This document shows, piece by piece, positions 56,831 to 64,000 of a DNA stretch of 64,000 bases. The stretch's first letter is position 1, and each line of letters begins with the position of its first letter. A program made the translations under genes and the position numbers. Below the pieces are notes generated by a model that was not told the DNA's origin, did no database searches, and was given only the letters and a program-made list of their open reading frames with translations. Origin of the DNA: Auanema rhodensis (lineage: Eukaryota > Animalia > Nematoda); the NCBI GenBank assembly GCA_964057225.1, contig OZ059899.1, forward strand, positions 744,001 to 808,000. Reading direction: 5' to 3'.

Positions 56831-59800
56831 AAATTTCAAAATAATTTAGCAAAAAGTAGACGTTTTTAGATTCCTTTTTTCAAGGCAAAGACGATGGACA
56901 ATGTTATTCAACGAAAAAATTAATTCTTCAGGGTGAAAATCGAGGATATAAGTGTGAACTCGTATCAGTTGATATCTCGGTGCATTTTTAAGCTAGCGCA
57001 AATCTGATAACACAGATCGACGCAGCTCAACAATCCGCATCGAATGCACTATACTACATTGAGAAACGCTTAATAATAAAATTAGTTATGATCGTTTGAA
57101 AAACGATGCATTAGTGTATGTTGAGTTTCCATGTACACTCAACATTGCTTCCAAAAACATTTTGACAAAAATTTTTTCGAAAAATTTCAAGATAATTTAG
57201 CGAAAAGTAGATGTTTTTAGATTCCGTTTTTCAAGGCAAAGACGATGGACAATGTTATTCAACGAAAAAATTAATTCTTCAGGGTGAAAATCGAGGATAT
57301 AAGTGTGAACTTATATCAGTTGATATCTCAGTGCATTTTCAAGCTAGCGCAAATCTGATAACACAGATCGACGCAGCTCAAAAATCCGCATCGAATGCAC
57401 TATACTACAATGAGAAACGCTTAATACAAAAAATAGTTATGATCGTTTGAAAAATGATGCATTAGTGTATGTTGAGTTTCCATGTACACTCAACATTGCT
57501 TCCAAAAACATTTTGACAAAAATTTTTTCGAAAAATTTCAAAATAATTTAGCGAAAAGTAGATGTTTTTAGATTCCGTTTTTCAAGGCAAAGACGATGGA
57601 CAATGTTATTCAACGAAAAAATTAATTCTTCAGGGTGAAAATCGAGGATATATGTGTGAACTCATATCAGTTGATATCTCGGTGCATTTTTAAGCTAGCG
57701 CAAATCTGATAACACAGATCGACGCAGCTCAACAATCCGCATCGAATTCACTATACTACATTGAGAAACGCTTAATACAAAAATTAGTTATGATCGTTTG
57801 AAAAATGATGCATTAGTGTATGTTGAGTTTCCATGTACACTCAACATTGCTTCCAAAAACATTTTGACAAAAATTTTTTCGAAAAATTTCAAGATAATTT
57901 AGCGAAAAGTAGATGTTTTTAGATTCCGTTTTTCAAGGCAAAGACGATGGACAATGTTATTCAACGAAAAAATTAATTCTTCAGGGTGAAAATCGAGGAT
58001 ATAAGTGTGAACTTATATCAGTTGATATCTCGGTGCATTTTCAAGCTAGCGCAAATCTGATAACACAGATCGACGCAGCTCAAAAATCCGCATCGAATGC
58101 ACTATACTACATTAAGAAACGCTTAATACAAAAATTAGTTATGATCGTTTGAAAAATGATGCATTAGTGTATGTTGAGTTTCCATGTACACTCAACATTG
58201 CTTCCAAAAACATTTTGACAAAAATTTTTTCGAAAAATTTCAAAATAATTTAGCGAAAAGTAGATGTTTTTAGATTCCGTTTTTCAAGGCAAAGACGATG
58301 GACAATGTTATTCATCGAAAAAATTAATTCTTCAGGGTGAAAATCGAGGATATAAGTGTGAACTTATATCAGTTGATATCTCGGTGCATTTTTAAGCTAG
58401 CGCAAATCTGATAACACAGATCGACGCAGCTCAAAAATCCGCATCGAATGCACTATACTACATTAAGAAACGCTTAATACAAAAATTAGTTATGATCGTT
58501 TGAAAAATGATGCATTAGTGTATGTTGAGTTTCCATGTACACTCAACATTGCTTCCAAACACATTTTGACAAAAATTTTTTCGAAAAATTTCAAAATAAT
58601 TTAGCGTAAAGTAGATGTTTTTAGATTCCGTTTTTCAAGGCAAAGACGATGGACAATGTTATTCATCGAAAAAATTAATTCTTCAGGGTGAAAATCGAGG
58701 ATATAAGTGTGAACTTATATCAGTTGATATCTCGGTGCATTTTCAAGCTAGCGCAAATCTGATAACACAGATCGACGCAGCTCAAAAATCCGCATCGAAT
58801 GCACTATACTACACTGAGAAACGCTTAATACAAAAATTAGTTATGATCGTTTGAAAAATGATGCATTAGTGTATGTTGAGTTTCCATGTACACTCAACAT
58901 TGCTTCCAAAAACATTTTGACAAAAATTTTTTCGAAAAATTTCAAAATAATTTAGCGTAAAGTAGATGTTTTTAGATTCCGTTTTTCAAGGCAAAGACGA
59001 TGGACAATGTTATTCATCGAAAAAATTAATTCTTCAGGGTGAAAATCGAGGATATAAGTGTGAACTTATATCAGTTGATATCTCGGTGCATTTTCAAGCT
59101 AGCGCAAATCTGATAACACAGATCGACGCAGCTCAAAAATCCGCATCGAATGCACTATACTACACTGAGAAACGCTTAATACAAAAATTAGTTATGATCG
59201 TTTGAAAAATGATGCATTAGTGTATGTTGAGTTTCCATGTACACTCAACATTGCTTCCAAAAACATTTTGACAAAAATTTTTTCGAAAAATTTCAAAATA
59301 ATTTAGCAAAAAGTAGATGTTTTTAGATTCCGTTTTTCAAGGCAAAGACGATGGACAATGTTATTCAACGAAAAAAATAATTCTTCAGGGTGAAAATCGA
59401 GGATATAAGTGTGAACTTATATCAGTTGATATCTCGGTGCTTTTTTAAGCTAGCGCAAATCTGATAACACAGATCGACGCAGCTCAAAAATCCGCATCGA
59501 ATGCACTATACTACATTGAGAAACGCTTAATACAAAAATTAGTTATGATTGTTTGAAAAATGATGCATTAGTGTATGTTGAGTTTCCATGTACACTCAAC
59601 ATTGCTTCCAAAAACATTTTGACAAAAATTTTTTCGAAAAATTTCAAAATAATTTAGCGAAAAGTAGATGTTTTTAGATTCCGTTTTTCAAGGCAAAGAC
59701 GATGGACAATGTTATTCATCGAAAAAATTAATTCTTCAGGGTGAAAATCGAGGATATAAGTGTGAACTTATATCAGTTGATATCTCGGTGCTTTTTTAAG

Positions 59801-62800
59801 CTAGCGCAAATCTGATAACACAGATCGACGCAGCTCAAAAATCCGCATCGAATGCACTATACTACATTGAGAAACGCTTAATACAAAAATTAGTTATGAT
59901 TGTTTGAAAAATGATGCATTAGTGTATGTTGAGTTTCCATGTACACTCAACATTGCTTCCAAAAACATTTTGACAAAAATTTTTTCGAAAAATTTCAAAA
60001 TAATTTAGCGAAAAGTAGATGTTTTTAGATTCCGTTTTTCAAGGCAAAGACGATGGACAATGTTATTCAACGAAAAAATTAATTCTTCAGGGTGAAAATC
60101 GAGGATATAAGTGTGAACTTATATCAGTTGATATCTCGGTGCATTTTCAAGCTAGCGCAAATCTGATAACACAGATCGACGCAGCTCAAAAATCCGCATC
60201 GAATGCACTATACTACATTGAGAAACGCTTAATACAAAAATTAGTTATGATTGTTTGAAAAATGATGCATTAGTGTATGTTGAGTTTCCATGTACACTCA
60301 ACATTGCTTCCAAAAACATTTTGACAAAAATTTTTTCGAAAAATTTCAAAATAATTTAGCGAAAAGTAGATGTTTTTAGATTCCGTTTTTCAAGGCAAAG
60401 ACGATGGACAATGTTATTCAACGAAAAAAATAATTCTTCAGGGTGAAAATCGAGGATATAAGTGTGAACTTATATCAGTTGATATCTCGGTGCTTTTTTA
60501 AGCTAGCGCAAATCTGATAACACAGATCGACGCAGCTCAAAAATCCGCATCGAATGCACTATACTACATTGAGAAACGCTTAATACAAAAATTAGTTATG
60601 ATTGTTTGAAAAATGATGCATTAGTGTATGTTGAGTTTCCATGTACACTCAACATTGCTTCCAAAAACATTTTGACAAAAATTTTTTCGAAAAATTTCAA
60701 AATAATTTAGCGAAAAGTAGATGTTTTTAGATTCCGTTTTTCAAGGCAAAGACGATGGACAATGTTATTCAACGAAAAAATTAATTCTTCAGGGTGAAAA
60801 TCGAGGATATAAGTGTGAACTTATATCAGTTGATATCTCGGTGCATTTTCAAGCTAGCGCAAATCTGATAACACAGATCGACGCAGCTCAAAAATCCGCA
60901 TCGAATGCACTATACTACATTGAGAAACGCTTAATACAAAAATTAGTTATGATTGTTTGAAAAATGATGCATTAGTGTATGTTGAGTTTCCATGTACACT
61001 CAACATTGCTTCCAAAAACATTTTGACAAAAATTTTTTCGAAAAATTTCAAAATAATTTAGCGAAAAGTAGATGTTTTTAGATTCCGTTTTTCAAGGCAA
61101 AGACGATGGACAATGTTATTCAACGAAAAAATTAATTCTTCAGGGTGAAAATCGAGGATATAAGTGTGAACTTATATCAGTTGATATCTCGGTGCATTTT
61201 CAAGCTAGCGCAAATCTGATAACACAGATCGACGCAGCTCAAAAATCCGCATCGAATGCACTATACTACATTGAGAAACGCTTAATACAAAAATTAGTTA
61301 TGATCGTTTGAAAAATGATGCATTAGTGTATGTTGAGTTTCCATGTACACTCAACATTGCTTCCAAAAACATTTTGACAAAAATTTTTTCGAAAAATTTC
61401 AAGATAATTTAGCGAAAAGTAGATGTTTTTAGATTCCGTTTTTCAAGGCAAAGACGATGGACAATGTTATTCAACGAAAAAATTAATTCTTCAGGGTGAA
61501 AATCGAAGATATAAGTGTGAACTTATATCAGTTGATATCTCGGTGCATTTTCAAGCTAGCGCAAATCTGATAACACAGATCGACGCAGCTCAAAAATCCG
61601 CATCGAATGCACTATACTACATTAAGAAACGCTTAATACAAAAATTAGTTATGATTGTTTGAAAAATGATGCATTAGTGTATGTTGAGTTTCCATGTACA
61701 CTCAACATTGCTTCCAAAAACATTTTGACAAAAATTTTTTCGAAAAATTTCAAAATAATTTAGCGAAAAGTAGGTGTTTTTAGATTCCGTTTTTCAAGGC
61801 AAAGACGATGGACAATGTTATTCAACGAAAAAAATAATTCTTCAGGGTGAAAATCGAGGATATAAGTGTGAACTTATATCAGTTGATATCTCGGTGCATT
61901 TTTAAGCTAGCGCAAATCTGATAACACAGATCGACGTAGCTTAAAAATCCGCATCGAATGCACTATACTACATTGAGAAACGCTTAATACAAAAATTAGT
62001 TATGATCGTTTGAAAAATGATGCATTAGTGTATGTTGAGTTTCCATGTACACTCAACATTGCTTCCAAAAACATTTTGACAAAAATTTTTTCGAAAAATT
62101 TCAAAATAATTTAGCGAAAAGTAGATGTTTTTAGATTCCGTTTTTCAAGGCAAAGACGATGGACAATGTTATTCAACGAAAAAAATAATTCTTCAGGGTG
62201 AAAATCGAGGATATAAGTGTGAACTTATATCAGTTGATATCTCGGTGCATTTTCAAGCTAGCGCAAATCTGATAACACAGATCGACGCAGCTCAAAAATC
62301 CGCATCGAATGCACTATACTACATTGAGAAACGCTTAATACAAAAATTAGTTATGATTGTTTGAAAAATGATGCATTAGTGTATGTTGAGTTTCCATGTA
62401 CACTCAACATTGCTTCCAAAAACATTTTGACAAAAATTTTTTCGAAAAATTTCAAGATAATTTAGCGAAAAGTAGATGTTTTTAGATTCCGTTTTTCAAG
62501 GCAAAGACGATGAACAATGTTATTCAACGAAAAAATTAATTCTTCAGGGTGAAAATCGAGGATATAAGTGTGAACTTATATCAGTTGATATCTCGGTGCA
62601 TTTTCAAGCTAGCGCAAATCTGATAACACAGATCGACGCAGCTCAAAAATCCGCATCGAATGCACTATACTACATTAAGAAACGCTTAATACAAAAATTA
62701 GTTATGATCGTTTGAAAAATGATGCATTAGTGTATGTTGAGTTTCCATGTACACTCAACATTGCTTCCAAAAACATTTTGACAAAAATTTTTTCGAAAAA

Positions 62801-64000
62801 TTTCAAGATAATTTAGCAAAAAGTAGATGTTTTTAGATTCCGTTTTTCAAGGCAAAGACGATGGACAATGTTATTCAACGAAAAAATTAATTCTTCAGGG
62901 TGAAAATCGAGGATATAAGTGTGAACTTATATCAGTTGATATCTCGGTGCATTTTCAAGCTAGCGCAAATCTGATAACACAGATCGACGCAGCTCAAAAA
63001 TCCGCATCGAATGCACTATACTACATTGAGAAACGCTTAATACAAAAATTAGTTATGATTGTTTGAAAAATGATGCATTAGTGTATGTTGAGTTTCCATG
63101 TACACTCAACATTGCTTCCAAAAACATTTTGACAAAAATTTTTTCGAAAAATTTCAAAATAATTTAGCGAAAAGTAGATGTTTTTAGATTCCGTTTTTCA
63201 AGGCGAAGACGATGGACAATGTTATTCAACGAAAAAATTAATTCTTCAGGGTGAAAATCGAGGATATAAGTGTGAACTTATATCAGTTGATATCTCGGTG
63301 CATTTTCAAGCTAGCGCAAATCTGATAACACAGATCGACGCAGCTCAAAAATCCGCATCGAATGCACTATACTACATTGAGAAACGCTTAATACAAAAAT
63401 TAGTTATGATTGTTTGAAAAATGATGCATTAGTGTATGTTGAGTTTCCATGTACACTCAACATTGCTTCCAAAAACATTTTGACAAAAATTTTTTCGAAA
63501 AATTTCAAAATAATTTAGCGAAAAGTAGATGTTTTTAGATTCCGTTTTTCAAGGCGAAGACGATGGACAATGTTATTCAACGAAAAAATTAATTCTTCAG
63601 GGTGAAAATCGAGGATATAAGTGTGAACTTATATCAGTTGATATCTCGGTGCATTTTCAAGCTAGCGCAAATCTGATAACACAGATCGACGCAGCTTAAA
63701 AATCCGCATCGAATGCACTATACTACATCGAGAAATGCTTAATACAAAAATTAGTTATGATCGTTTGAAAAATGATGCATTAGTGTATGTTGAGTTTCCA
63801 TGTACACTCAACATTGCTTCCAAAAACATTTTGACAAAAATTTTTTTCGAAAAATTTCAAGATAATTTAGCAAAAAGTAGATGTTTTTAGATTCCGTTTT
63901 TCAAGGCAAAGACGATGGACAATGTTATTCAACGAAAAAATTAATTCTTCAGGGTGAAAATCGAAGATATAAGTGTGAACTTATATCAGTTGATATCTCG
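56828..64000 (+). repeat. 351-bp AT-rich tandem satellite array, about 20.4 monomers, running off the right edge
   Basis: The unit GAAAAATTTCAARATAATTTAGC...TTTTTTC recurs every 351 bp (ORF-track starts 57211, 57913, 58615 and 58966 differ by multiples of 351). About 114/351 G+C. One extra T near 63841. Confidence 0.99.

Noticed and set aside
56828-57178. The 351-bp unit as a diverged dimer or homologue of the 176-bp unit
   Set aside because: Only short shared words (TTAGATTCC, GTGAACTT, ATGTACAC, CCGCATC) with inconsistent spacing or strand. These are plausible by chance in AT-rich DNA.
57211-63417. The 12 ORF-track 79-aa ORFs as a protein-coding gene family
   Set aside because: They are one frame repeated with the satellite unit. 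Eight of 20 copies have premature stops, changes are mostly non-synonymous, and no domain is recognisable.
1-64000. CRISPR array
   Set aside because: Units repeat in full with no unique spacers, and there are no cas genes.
56828-64000. Hammerhead ribozyme in the 351-bp unit (CTGAAGA on the minus strand, CTGATAA on the plus strand)
   Set aside because: I could not build stem II closing onto a GAAA for the minus-strand motif, and the plus-strand motif does not fit CUGANGA. An Infernal search would settle it.
1-64000. CENP-B box or telomeric repeats
   Set aside because: No TTCGNNNNANNCGGG match (the best is TTCGAAAAA, without CGGG) and no TTAGG or TTAGGG tracts were seen.
1-64000. Transposon insertion, 5S rDNA or tRNA tandem array
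   Set aside because: No non-satellite sequence, terminal repeats or target-site duplications are present. Neither unit shows recognisable 5S or tRNA motifs.

Overview
The whole window is tandem satellite DNA (about 32% GC), typical of eukaryotic centromeric, pericentromeric or other heterochromatin. I see no supportable genes, RNA genes, transposons or CRISPR arrays. There are three blocks. (1) 1-~51104: about 290 head-to-tail copies of a very homogeneous 176-bp monomer, built by nested block duplications (5+6=11-mer, 12-mer, 8-mer, 41-mer, ~70-mer, 7/9-mer). (2) ~51105-56830: the same satellite inverted (5726 bp, about 32.5 monomers). (3) ~56828-64000: about 20.4 copies of a different 351-bp satellite, joined with no spacer through a 3-bp microhomology. 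The best leads are breakpoints that share one monomer position (43-44), junctions on the C^G axis of palindromes, dense dyad symmetry in both monomers, and monomer lengths in a 1:2 ratio. The repeated 79-aa ORF is most likely incidental. I do not recognise either satellite family or the organism. All counts and coordinates were read by hand.
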